Origin: a virus
IMG/VR virus record: IMGVR_UViG_3300044695_003767
DNA: 64,000 nucleotides
Reading direction: 5' to 3' (one strand)
In this document: one piece after another, positions 25,182 to 34,171 of the stretch
How positions within the stretch are numbered: position 1 is the stretch's first letter
How the letters are laid out: each line of letters begins with the position of its first letter
Notes under the pieces: model-generated
The model's database searches: none
What the model was told of the DNA's origin: nothing
What the model saw: the letters and a program-made list of their open reading frames with translations, nothing else
Made by a program: the position numbers and the translations under genes

Positions 25182-26288
25182 ATGAAAAATAGAGATTTTT
25201 GTATATTGGATAATAAAAGTCCAATTAAAGAATTAGTAACGTTTAAAAATTTTCCTGTTTATATGGGATGTGTAACCACTCCTGTTGAGGAGGATTTATT
25301 TTTTGATCAGGTTTGGGGTTGTTCCAATAACGAGATTGTACAATTAAAAAATTTAATTGATCCAAATATCCTATATGAAAATTCTCATACACCAGGAAGT
25401 GTGGGGAAAATTTGGCAACTCCATCATCAAAGGTTCTTTAATTTTATTAAAGAAAATTCTTTTGGTGTTGAAAATTACTTGGAAATAGGTGGAGCATCTG
25501 GAAATTTATGGAATAATTTTTCCACACTAGAAAACAAATTTACTTATTCAATCATTGAACCATCGGATCAAGTATCAACCGATAGTAGGTTAAAATATAT
25601 TAAAGGTTTTTATGAAGATCAAGTATTTGATAAAAAATATAAATGTATAATTCACTCTCATCTATTTGAACACGTTTATAATCCTATTAATTTTTTAAAC
25701 AAAATATGCAATGATTTAACCGAAGATGGAGTTCAGTTTATTTCAATTCCAAATATGAGGTTTTGGTTAAAAAAAGGATATACCAATACAATCAATTTTG
25801 AACATACTTTTTATATTGATGAGTTTGTTTTAGAATATCTTTTAAACAAGTGTGGATTTGTGGTTGAAAATAAAGTAGTTGATAACCATTCAATATTCAT
25901 TAAAGCATCGAAATCGTCAAATATTGAAAAGGTTGAATTTAATTTTTCTTATGTTAAAGATTTATTTTTAGATTATGTTAATTTTTTAACTACTGATGTT
26001 ATTGATATTAAAGAAAAGATTGTAGAAAATAAAACCTATCTTTTTGGAGCACACATTTTTTCACAAACATTGTTGAATTTTGGTCTCGATGAAAATTTAG
26101 TTGTTTCAATTTTGGATAATGATCCAAGTAAACAAAATAAAAGATTGTATGGCACAAAACTTTTTATCAATTCTCCAGAAGTTTTAAAAAATATTCCATC
26201 ACCAGTGGTAATATTAAGAGCAGGCGTTTATAATGAAGAGATAAAATTGCAACTTCTGAATATTAATTCCTCTATCATTTTCATATAA
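25182..26288 (+). CDS. Class I SAM methyltransferase, NDP-sugar C-methyltransferase-like
   Basis: FPVYMG, LEIGGASG, SHLFEH, FEHTFY, FGAH, LDNDPSKQNKRLYGT. Confidence 0.7.
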   Translation: MKNRDFCILDNKSPIKELVTFKNFPVYMGCVTTPVEEDLFFDQVWGCSNNEIVQLKNLIDPNILYENSHTPGSVGKIWQLHHQRFFNFIKENSFGVENYLEIGGASGNLWNNFSTLENKFTYSIIEPSDQVSTDSRLKYIKGFYEDQVFDKKYKCIIHSHLFEHVYNPINFLNKICNDLTEDGVQFISIPNMRFWLKKGYTNTINFEHTFYIDEFVLEYLLNKCGFVVENKVVDNHSIFIKASKSSNIEKVEFNFSYVKDLFLDYVNFLTTDVIDIKEKIVENKTYLFGAHIFSQTLLNFGLDENLVVSILDNDPSKQNKRLYGTKLFINSPEVLKNIPSPVVILRAGVYNEEIKLQLLNINSSIIFI

Positions 26289-26289
26289 A

Positions 26290-27018
26290 ATGAAAATAGC
26301 ATTACTTTTAATTGGTAGATTAGATAGTTTTGTTGATGACTATCCTTCTTTAAAGGAGTTTGTTCTGGATGATTATTCTCCAGATATTTTCTTTTCTGGA
26401 CATCCAAATAAAATGGGATTAGAATTTTGTGAGAAAAAAATTCAAGATCTTTGGAAACCAAAAAAATATATTTTAAGGGAGTATACTGAAAAAGTTAGAA
26501 AAGAAGTTCATCCAAACGATGAAAAATTTAATCAATTTAAAAGATCAGAAACCACACCAAACACTTGGTTGTCTGGAATGTATAATCTTAAATTGGTAAA
26601 CGATTTGAAAAAAGAATATGAAAAAGAAAATAATTTTACATATGATGTTTGTATAAAGGCAAGAACAGATGTCATATGGCACAGTCATATAACAAATGAA
26701 CAAATTATGTTATCTAATATCGATAACAATATTTTGATTCCAACTGCTTGGGACTTTAAATCTGTAAGTCCATATGGAGTATCAGATACTTCAGCTATTT
26801 GTAATTCAAGGAGTATGGATTTATATTCATCATTTATCAATTATGTCGATGCATATTTTGATGAAGGCAACATTTTTCATCCAGAAACCTTGAATGGAAT
26901 CCATATAGATAGAATGGGATTGCTTAGAATCCCGGTAAACACTGGGATTGATCCATTCACAAAGGAACCAAATAAATCTGGATGGTTTGTAATGAATCCT
27001 AATAGACGTTTTTATTGA
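26290..27018 (+). CDS. Putative glycosyltransferase of unassigned family (paralog 2)
   Basis: MKIALLLIGRL...DIFFS...YDVCIKARTD...D...HPE. Confidence 0.6.
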   Translation: MKIALLLIGRLDSFVDDYPSLKEFVLDDYSPDIFFSGHPNKMGLEFCEKKIQDLWKPKKYILREYTEKVRKEVHPNDEKFNQFKRSETTPNTWLSGMYNLKLVNDLKKEYEKENNFTYDVCIKARTDVIWHSHITNEQIMLSNIDNNILIPTAWDFKSVSPYGVSDTSAICNSRSMDLYSSFINYVDAYFDEGNIFHPETLNGIHIDRMGLLRIPVNTGIDPFTKEPNKSGWFVMNPNRRFY

Positions 27019-27022
27019 ATTT

Positions 27023-27694
27023 ATGAAATTAGCTATTTGTTTTTTTGGTTATCCAAGATTTTATGATATGTGGCGGGAGAAGTTTGGTAATTTTTATTCT
27101 GGATGTGAAGTAGACTTTTATGCTCATTTTTGGGAAGATGATAATTTAGATAAAGAAAGATTAATATCTGAATTTAATTTCAAAGATGTAATCATAGAAC
27201 AACAGAAAACAGATTTTTTAGAACTTCCAGAAGAAGTAGATTTATCCAAGATTAGTAAAAATATATTTGAAACTCTTTCTCCTCTTTATTCATTAAAAAG
27301 AGTTGGTGAATTGGTAAGAAAGTTTGATTCGGAATATGATTTTGTTATTATCACAAGAACTGACATTGGTTGTATGACTGATGAAAGTTTGATTGATTAT
27401 GAATTTAATAAAGATGAACTTTATTTTTCATATGTGTTAGGTGATGAATGGTTAAACACTCATCTTGATGCTAAGTGGTTTTGTGCCTCTGCAGATAAAC
27501 TTTTAAACATATGTGACGTATATGATAATTTGACAAAATATTTGGTTGATGATAAAATATCTTTATGCCACCATAGATTATTTTTTCATAGTTTAAGAGA
27601 TTATCGTGATAAAATGAATATGGTTTGTGTAAATTCAACTAACACTAACGGTGGTTGGTTTTTTATAAGAAACGGAACACTCTCAGAAATTTAA
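27023..27694 (+). CDS. Putative glycosyltransferase of unassigned family (paralog 3)
   Basis: MKLAICFFGYPR...DFYAHFW...YDFVIITRTD. Confidence 0.6.
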   Translation: MKLAICFFGYPRFYDMWREKFGNFYSGCEVDFYAHFWEDDNLDKERLISEFNFKDVIIEQQKTDFLELPEEVDLSKISKNIFETLSPLYSLKRVGELVRKFDSEYDFVIITRTDIGCMTDESLIDYEFNKDELYFSYVLGDEWLNTHLDAKWFCASADKLLNICDVYDNLTKYLVDDKISLCHHRLFFHSLRDYRDKMNMVCVNSTNTNGGWFFIRNGTLSEI

Positions 27695-27706
27695 GTAGAT
27701 TAAAGT

Positions 27707-29134
27707 ATGAACATTTTATTTCCTATTGCTGGTCTTGGTACTAGATTTAAAAATAACGGATATATTGATCCCAAACCATTCGTAAAGTTTAAGGGAAAAC
27801 CACTGATTGAGTGGGCTATTTCATCTTTGAAACTTACTGGTAAGTATTATGTTATTGTGAATGGTTTAGAGAAAGAATATATTAAAGTTCTCAATACAAT
27901 TAAAGAAAAATATTATCTTGATCTTGAGATTGTTGATATTGGAAAATCAACTCTTGGTCAAGCAGAGACTTGTCTCTTAGGTATTCAGAAGGCTAATATT
28001 GATCCTTCTGAGCAATTGATCATTACTAATTGTGATCAGTATACTCCTTGGAACTCTAATAAGTTTTTGAGTTTCATTCGTGACAATAATCCTGATGGAG
28101 TTGTAAGCACCTACGATCATCCCAATATTCAGATTGGATCTGAAAGTCCTTATAGTCATATTGAACTTGACGATAGTGGATATGCAACTCGACTTGCTGA
28201 AAAAGTTGCCATCTCATCTCTTGCTCTCAATGGAATTTTTTATTGGAAAGAGGGTAACTATTTCATTGATAGCACTCAAAGATTAATGAATGATGATAGT
28301 GATGCTGGTTGGTCTACTGGTAAAATGTCTTGTGTCAAAGAAAAGTATGTCTCTTTGACTTACAACTATTTGATTTCTGAAGGTAAAAAGATTATGAATT
28401 ATCATATGCAAGATGATGAGTTTGTATCACTGGGAAGTCCAAATGATATTATGTTGCATATTAAGAGACAGAATGTGATGCAGGCTGTTGAAGATCTTCG
28501 TAACGGTAAACCAATCGTTATGGTTGATGATTATGATCGTGAGTTTGAAGGTGATATTGTTCTTGCTGCAGAGAAGGCAACTGAAGAAAATCTTCTTTTT
28601 GCAATGCGCCACGCAAGAGGTTTGATGTGTCTTCCCTGCACTCAAGAAAAACTTGATCAGTTTGGTATTCCTATGATGCATACAAATGGATGTGATGCAT
28701 TTGGAACTCCTTTTGCAACCAGTATTGATGCGGTTGAAGGAGCAACCACTGGTATGTCTGTTAGTGATCGTGTCGCAACTATTAGTACTTTTATTTCCGA
28801 CACTTCTAAACCATCTTCTCTTGCTCAACCTGGACATTTGTTCCCTCTTCGTGCCCGTCCTGGTCTTCTTACCGAACGTCGTGGTCATACTGAAGGATGT
28901 GTTGAGATTCTTAAACTTGCAGGTCTCAAGCAAGTCGGTGTTATCATCGAGATTATGGATGAGTATGGTAAGATGATTAAGGGTGATGCACTTAAGCAAT
29001 TTGCTGATATCTACAATCTCACTTTTGTTTCTATTGAAGAACTATATGATGAGGTTTACAATAAGGAATCTACTGGTAGTGTTCCCCTGTCTGCTGTAGA
29101 TGAAAAAACTCTTGAGTCTATGGCAAAAATTTAA
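27707..29134 (+). CDS. Fusion: sugar-phosphate nucleotidyltransferase (N) + 3,4-dihydroxy-2-butanone-4-phosphate synthase RibB (C)
   Basis: N-part: PIAGLGTRF...PKPF...GQAET...NCDQ...AEK...LGSP. C-part from ~28475: DDYDREFEGD, GLMCLP, TGMSVSDR, PGHLFPL, RRGHTEG, IEIM. One continuous frame. Confidence 0.9.
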   Translation: MNILFPIAGLGTRFKNNGYIDPKPFVKFKGKPLIEWAISSLKLTGKYYVIVNGLEKEYIKVLNTIKEKYYLDLEIVDIGKSTLGQAETCLLGIQKANIDPSEQLIITNCDQYTPWNSNKFLSFIRDNNPDGVVSTYDHPNIQIGSESPYSHIELDDSGYATRLAEKVAISSLALNGIFYWKEGNYFIDSTQRLMNDDSDAGWSTGKMSCVKEKYVSLTYNYLISEGKKIMNYHMQDDEFVSLGSPNDIMLHIKRQNVMQAVEDLRNGKPIVMVDDYDREFEGDIVLAAEKATEENLLFAMRHARGLMCLPCTQEKLDQFGIPMMHTNGCDAFGTPFATSIDAVEGATTGMSVSDRVATISTFISDTSKPSSLAQPGHLFPLRARPGLLTERRGHTEGCVEILKLAGLKQVGVIIEIMDEYGKMIKGDALKQFADIYNLTFVSIEELYDEVYNKESTGSVPLSAVDEKTLESMAKI

Positions 29135-30096
29135 TGAAGTTTACCACTAGAGCATATAATAGTTTTGCCTTAAATCCTAAAACAAAGGCAAGTATTATTA
29201 AAACTAGTGAAGAAGAAAGACTGAAGGGAGAAGCAGAATACTATCTGGATCTCCCCGATGATCTTAAAGTCTTCTTTCCTAGAATGATTAATTGTGATCT
29301 TACTCCACCATATACTATGGAACTGGAGTATTATGCTTACAATAATCTTGGAAATGTTATGGTTTCCCCTGATTATGATGATGGTTTTTGGGAAAAGACT
29401 TTTGACTTTCTCCTAGGATATATCAATGCTTACAAACAGTCAGAATCAATTCCTGCCAATAGGAAAGACTCTCTTTTAATGTTCGTAGACAAAACGGAAA
29501 AAGAGTATGTTAAGTTGATGCACGAATTTGACTTTTTTACATCTTTAAGAGTTCAGGAGGAATTTGTTTTAAATGGAAAACCCCTCAAGTCTTTTAATTT
29601 AATCTGGGGAAAACTCAAAGAGTTTATTGAAACAAAATTGATTGAAGATAATTTTTATTTCATTCACGGTGATCTTTGCTTCAGTAATATCCTTTATGGT
29701 ATTAATCCAATTACAGATGATTTAATTCTTAAGATGATTGATCCTAGAGGAGTATTTGGTGAGACGAAATACTTTGGGGATCCTTACTATGATCTGGCAA
29801 AAATTTCACACTCTTGTAATGGTGGATATGAATACTTTATCTACGATCAGTTTAAAGTAGACGTTGATTCAAATCAGTTTTTTCTTGATTTTAAAAACGA
29901 GTCTAACAAAGATAAAATTAATTCTAAGTTCATAAGTCTTGTTAAAAAATTTGACTTTGATTATCAGAAGATTAAACTTATTGAAGGATGTATCTTTGTT
30001 GGTATGTGTGCCAGACACTATGATAGTTTGGAAAGACAAAAGGCTATGTTTATCACTGGTCTTAAAATACTAAATGAAATTTATGAAACACTATAG
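29134..30096 (+). CDS. Aminoglycoside-phosphotransferase-fold (sugar) kinase
   Basis: TRAYNS, HGDLCFSNI, IDPRG, GDPYYDLAKISHS; TAATG-coupled to the fusion gene. Confidence 0.8.
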   Translation: MKFTTRAYNSFALNPKTKASIIKTSEEERLKGEAEYYLDLPDDLKVFFPRMINCDLTPPYTMELEYYAYNNLGNVMVSPDYDDGFWEKTFDFLLGYINAYKQSESIPANRKDSLLMFVDKTEKEYVKLMHEFDFFTSLRVQEEFVLNGKPLKSFNLIWGKLKEFIETKLIEDNFYFIHGDLCFSNILYGINPITDDLILKMIDPRGVFGETKYFGDPYYDLAKISHSCNGGYEYFIYDQFKVDVDSNQFFLDFKNESNKDKINSKFISLVKKFDFDYQKIKLIEGCIFVGMCARHYDSLERQKAMFITGLKILNEIYETL

Positions 30097-30439
30097 ATTT
30101 TGTTTTGATCTTGATGGAACTTTGTGTTACACAAGAAAGGAAAATGAACATTACAGTGAAGTAAAACCAATTCCTGGAGCAGTAGAAACCCTTCAGAGGT
30201 TAAAATCTGAAGGTCATTATATTATTATTATGACTGCAAGAAATATGGTTACTCATAATAATAATATTGGTAAAATTATTGCCAAACAATCACCTATTGT
30301 GGTAGAATGGTTAAATAAGCACGGTATTCCTTACGATGAACTTCACTTTGGAAAACCACTTGCAGATTTTTATGTTGATGATAAAGCAGTCAAATTAGAA
30401 GACTGGAATACTTTTAATAAATCTTTGGAGCAATTATGA
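30083..30439 (+). CDS. HAD-family (capsule-biosynthesis type) phosphatase
   Basis: FDLDGTL, MTAR, GKP, YVDDKA. Confidence 0.85.
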   Translation: MKHYRFCFDLDGTLCYTRKENEHYSEVKPIPGAVETLQRLKSEGHYIIIMTARNMVTHNNNIGKIIAKQSPIVVEWLNKHGIPYDELHFGKPLADFYVDDKAVKLEDWNTFNKSLEQL

Positions 30440-31260
30440 GAGATTTTTTCTTTGATACAGCCAATGTAGACTTTATAAAATCTACTATGGAAAAATATGG
30501 ATCTGATATTGATCCTAAATTGGTTCGTGGTGTAACTACAAATCCTAATGCATTTAGTAAAGTTGATAAGTATCATCTTGATGAGTGGTTGAATCATGCT
30601 GTTGTAATGGGTAAACTTGTTTCCGAAATTCGTGGAGACAATGAAGGTGAAATTCATATTCAAGCACCATATTCCTATCTTGACCCAAAAGTTATTCTGG
30701 AATATGCAAAAATAATCACTGATGCAACTCAGGGAACTTGTAAAGTTGGTATGAAAATTCCTCCATACCAAAAAGTTCTTGAGTATGTCGATCAGTATAA
30801 TGAATATGTAATTACCAATGTAACTGGTCTTGCAGATTCATCAACCGCTCTTAAGTGTTGTACTTATGATGTTGGTTATATCAGTATTATTCCTGGTCGT
30901 ATGGAAGAAGTTGGTATTGATGCTCAATCAGCAATTGCATTTGTAAATCAATGTAATTTTGGAAATACTCAAATTATTACTGGAAGTCAAAGGACAACTG
31001 AACAAATCATTTATTCTTTCTACTTGGATACCGTTCCTACAATTGGTGAAAAGTGCTGGGCAGATATCTTCCAAGGTGATAACTTTCAACGTATTCTGAA
31101 TATTGAATATGGTTATGAACCTGTTGGTCAATTTAGTCCAACAATTTCACAAGATAATATTAATCTTTCCCTTGCTTTCTTTGAACAAATGGATGGGTTA
31201 GGTGATACTGCTCGTAAAGATTTAGAGGAAAGGCTTTCTAATGAAAATAGCATTTCATGA
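30436..31260 (+). CDS. Divergent transaldolase / fructose-6-phosphate aldolase family protein
   Basis: FFDTAN, GVTTNP, GMKIP (Schiff-base Lys), NVT, PGRM, GSQR. Non-canonical at the positions that distinguish TAL from FSA. Confidence 0.8.
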   Translation: MRDFFFDTANVDFIKSTMEKYGSDIDPKLVRGVTTNPNAFSKVDKYHLDEWLNHAVVMGKLVSEIRGDNEGEIHIQAPYSYLDPKVILEYAKIITDATQGTCKVGMKIPPYQKVLEYVDQYNEYVITNVTGLADSSTALKCCTYDVGYISIIPGRMEEVGIDAQSAIAFVNQCNFGNTQIITGSQRTTEQIIYSFYLDTVPTIGEKCWADIFQGDNFQRILNIEYGYEPVGQFSPTISQDNINLSLAFFEQMDGLGDTARKDLEERLSNENSIS

Positions 31261-32194
31261 TAATTCTCTTTGTTTGAGAGGTACAACAGTAGCAATTTAT
31301 GATTGGGCTTATTGGACTCGTCATTATCTTAATGTCGATCCAATAATTATGTTCAATTTAAATAATTCAGTAAATGATGCTGGTGTAATTAAAAAATTTG
31401 AAAATGAATTTCCAGTGTTTGGGTATTCTAGCACTGCAGAAATAGATTCTATTTTGAGTCAAAACAAATGTGATGCTTTTTTGATGGAAAAGGGTGGATC
31501 ACCAGATGGAGTAATTTCTTCCGTATCCAAAAATCTAGTTAATGCCATTTCTGGTTGGTGGAAACCTGACTGGGTTCATGGTGATGTCTATGCAATGGGA
31601 TCCAAATGGTTATCTAAACTAACAAATTATACAATTCCATATGTACCTTATATGGTTCATCTTCCTGAGATTGATAGTGATCTCAGGAAAGATCTTAGTA
31701 TTCCAAAAGATGCACTAGTAATAGGAAGAAATGGTGGTTGGGACACTTTTGATATTGACTTTGTAAAAAAAGCAATTAATCAAGTTCTAGAAGAAAGAAA
31801 TGATATTTGGTTTCTTTTTCAATTTACCGAACCTTTTATTCAACATGAAAGAGTAATATATCTTCCTGGTAGTGCTGATTTAAAAACTAAGGTTGAATTT
31901 ATTAACACTTGTGATGCAATGCTTCACGCAAGATATATTGGTGAATCTTTTGGATTGTCTTGTGCAGAATTTTCATTAAGAAATAAACCAGTTATTACTT
32001 TTCATAATTCTCCTGAAAGAAATCATATAGATACCTTGGATGAAAAGGGAATTTATTATGAAAGTTATTCTGACATCCTTCACATCCTCAAAAATTTAGA
32101 TAAAAATGAAATAAACTCTTTAGAGTGGAATTGTTATCAAGAATATTCTCCAGAGAAAGTAGTACAAAAATTTAAAGAAGTTTACTTAAACTGA
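31241..32194 (+). CDS. GT-B glycosyltransferase (GT4-like)
   Basis: RGTTVAIYD, GRNGG, CDAMLHARYIGESFGLSCAEF, KPVIT. Confidence 0.8.
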   Translation: MKIAFHDNSLCLRGTTVAIYDWAYWTRHYLNVDPIIMFNLNNSVNDAGVIKKFENEFPVFGYSSTAEIDSILSQNKCDAFLMEKGGSPDGVISSVSKNLVNAISGWWKPDWVHGDVYAMGSKWLSKLTNYTIPYVPYMVHLPEIDSDLRKDLSIPKDALVIGRNGGWDTFDIDFVKKAINQVLEERNDIWFLFQFTEPFIQHERVIYLPGSADLKTKVEFINTCDAMLHARYIGESFGLSCAEFSLRNKPVITFHNSPERNHIDTLDEKGIYYESYSDILHILKNLDKNEINSLEWNCYQEYSPEKVVQKFKEVYLN

Positions 32195-32195
32195 T

Positions 32196-33089
32196 ATGAA
32201 ATCATTAGTAACTGGTGGTGCAGGTTTTATTGGATCGCACATTGTAGATAGATTGATTGAATTGGGTCATGAAGTAGTCGTGATTGATAATGAAAGTGCT
32301 GAATCGAATGAACAATTTTATTGGAATGATAAAGCACAAAACTATAAGTATGATATTCGTGACTATGAAAATACACGTCCTCTTTATGAAGAAGTAGATT
32401 ATGTTTTTCATCTTGCTGCTGAGGCACGTATTCAACCAGCAATTTTGAATCCGATTGAAGCAGTAAGTACTAATTGTGTTGGTACAGTTACTGTTCTTCA
32501 ATGTTCTCGTGAGGCGGGAGTTAAGAAGGTAATTTATTCTTCAACATCTTCTGGGTATGGATTAAATCAACCACCAAATCACGAAAATCATCCAGACGAT
32601 TGTTTAAATCCATATTCTGTATCTAAAGTTTCTGGTGAAAAACTTTGTAAAATGTATACCAAACTTTTTGGTTTAAAAACGGTTATTTTTAGATACTTTA
32701 ATGTCTATGGTGAACGTCAACCTCTCCGTGGACAATATGCACCTGTAATTGGAATTTTTCTTCGTCAACGATCTTCTAAAGAACCCCTCACAATTGTTGG
32801 AGATGGAGAACAAAGGAGAGACTTTACACACGTTTCTGATGTAGTACAAGCAAATATTGTTGCAGCAACTAAAGATGTGGATGATGAATTTTATGGGCAA
32901 CTTTATAATGTTGGTAGTGGTGTAAATTATTCAATTAATCAAATTGCAGATTCTATTTCTGATGAGCAAATAAACATTCCGCCAAGAATCGGAGAATCAA
33001 GAGATACTCTTGCTAATAATGGAAAACTCAGAGTTATTTTTGGTTGGAGACCACAGGTAAATTTAATGGATTGGATTGCTAAACAATGA
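32196..33089 (+). CDS. NDP-sugar 4-epimerase/dehydratase (extended SDR)
   Basis: VTGGAGFIGSH, FHLAA, YSVSK, RYFNVYG, GDGEQRRDFTHVSDV. Confidence 0.9.
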   Translation: MKSLVTGGAGFIGSHIVDRLIELGHEVVVIDNESAESNEQFYWNDKAQNYKYDIRDYENTRPLYEEVDYVFHLAAEARIQPAILNPIEAVSTNCVGTVTVLQCSREAGVKKVIYSSTSSGYGLNQPPNHENHPDDCLNPYSVSKVSGEKLCKMYTKLFGLKTVIFRYFNVYGERQPLRGQYAPVIGIFLRQRSSKEPLTIVGDGEQRRDFTHVSDVVQANIVAATKDVDDEFYGQLYNVGSGVNYSINQIADSISDEQINIPPRIGESRDTLANNGKLRVIFGWRPQVNLMDWIAKQ

Positions 33090-33790
33090 ATCTTTTAATT
33101 GAATATTTTAATTCTTTGAATCATATGAGAAATGGAGAATATCTCTATTGTCTTCACCAAAATCTTGGTAATGATTACATAGAAAATGTCTATGTCTTTA
33201 TGGATGAAGATGCAGAATTGAACTTCAATTCTGATAAAATTAAAAGAGTAATAAGAAAAGAAAGACCATCTTATAAAGATCTTTTTGATTTTTGTAATGA
33301 AAACTTAAAAGATCAGATTTGTATAGTTGCAAATGCTGATATTATTTTTGATGATACTCTCAGGCATTTTAATAAAATTGATATGTCTAATACTTTCTAT
33401 GCACTGAGTCGATGGGAGATATCCACTGGTGATGGTAAAAATTGGGAAATAGAACCGTTTGAAAATGCAGCATCTCAAGATTCTTGGATTTTTAAAACAC
33501 CAATTAAAGTTTCTGATGATATGAATTATACAATGGGTAAACCAGGATGCGATAATAAAATTACATATCATATGAGAGAACTTGGATACACTTGTAGAAA
33601 TCCTGGTAAAAAAGTTATTACCATTCATTTTCATCCTACACAATTTAGGACTTATGATTGGAAAGATGACAGAGTTCCTGGTCCTTATCTATTAATTTCA
33701 CCTGTCGATAATTTTACTGGAGAACCTCATTACATTGATATTGATGGATTTAATGAAAATGGTCAACCATTTAAAGTAGTAAATCAGTAA
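33086..33790 (+). CDS. Putative GT-A glycosyltransferase-like protein
   Basis: IVANADIIFD, ALSRW, SQDSWIF, MGKPGCDN, IHFH. Confidence 0.6.
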   Translation: MNLLIEYFNSLNHMRNGEYLYCLHQNLGNDYIENVYVFMDEDAELNFNSDKIKRVIRKERPSYKDLFDFCNENLKDQICIVANADIIFDDTLRHFNKIDMSNTFYALSRWEISTGDGKNWEIEPFENAASQDSWIFKTPIKVSDDMNYTMGKPGCDNKITYHMRELGYTCRNPGKKVITIHFHPTQFRTYDWKDDRVPGPYLLISPVDNFTGEPHYIDIDGFNENGQPFKVVNQ

Positions 33791-33823
33791 GCATTTATAC
33801 TTATTTTGTTAGAGTATTCGAAC

Positions 33824-33862
33824 AGAAAGGGGCTTGACGCCCCTTTCTTTTTGCTATATAAT
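33824..33862 (+). terminator. Terminator overlapping the sigma70 promoter of the hli operon
   Basis: AGAAAGGGGC-TTGAC-GCCCCTTTCT-TTT; TTGACG(33834)-N17-TATAAT(33857). Confidence 0.8.
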
Positions 33863-33889
33863 TGTGTAACAATTCTTAATGAATTTACA

Positions 33890-34084
33890 ATGACTGTAAC
33901 AACTAATGAATATGGGCAACAGAATATGTTTGCCAAAGAGCCAACCATGTATTATGAGAACTATGGTATGCTTTCACCTAATCAAGTAAAGGAGCGCACC
34001 AATGGACGCTGGGCAATGGTCGGTTTTGTTGCTGGCATCATTTCTTATGTTAGCACTGGCAACTTCTTCTTCGGTATCTTCTGA
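33890..34084 (+). CDS. hli: High-light inducible protein
   Basis: GQQNMFAKEP N-terminus; ERTNGRWAMVGF chlorophyll-binding helix. Confidence 0.9.
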   Translation: MTVTTNEYGQQNMFAKEPTMYYENYGMLSPNQVKERTNGRWAMVGFVAGIISYVSTGNFFFGIF

Positions 34085-34170
34085 TGACTGAAACTATTTT
34101 TACCATTACCTCAGTTGCCTTTTTTGTGCTTCTGTGTTATGCTGTAGAGAAAGTTGCGGAAACTTATTGA
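34084..34170 (+). CDS. 28-aa single-TM peptide (not in ORF track)
   Basis: [28 protein letters not shown]; TGATG overlap; exactly fills the hli-petF gap. Confidence 0.55.
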   Translation: MTETIFTITSVAFFVLLCYAVEKVAETY

Positions 34171-34171
34171 A

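Noticed and set aside
27707-29134. Simple riboflavin-biosynthesis gene (ribB or ribBA)
   Set aside because: The fusion partner is a nucleotidyltransferase, not GTP cyclohydrolase II. No other rib genes are in the window and the context is purely glycan biosynthesis. Rib genes elsewhere in the genome cannot be excluded.
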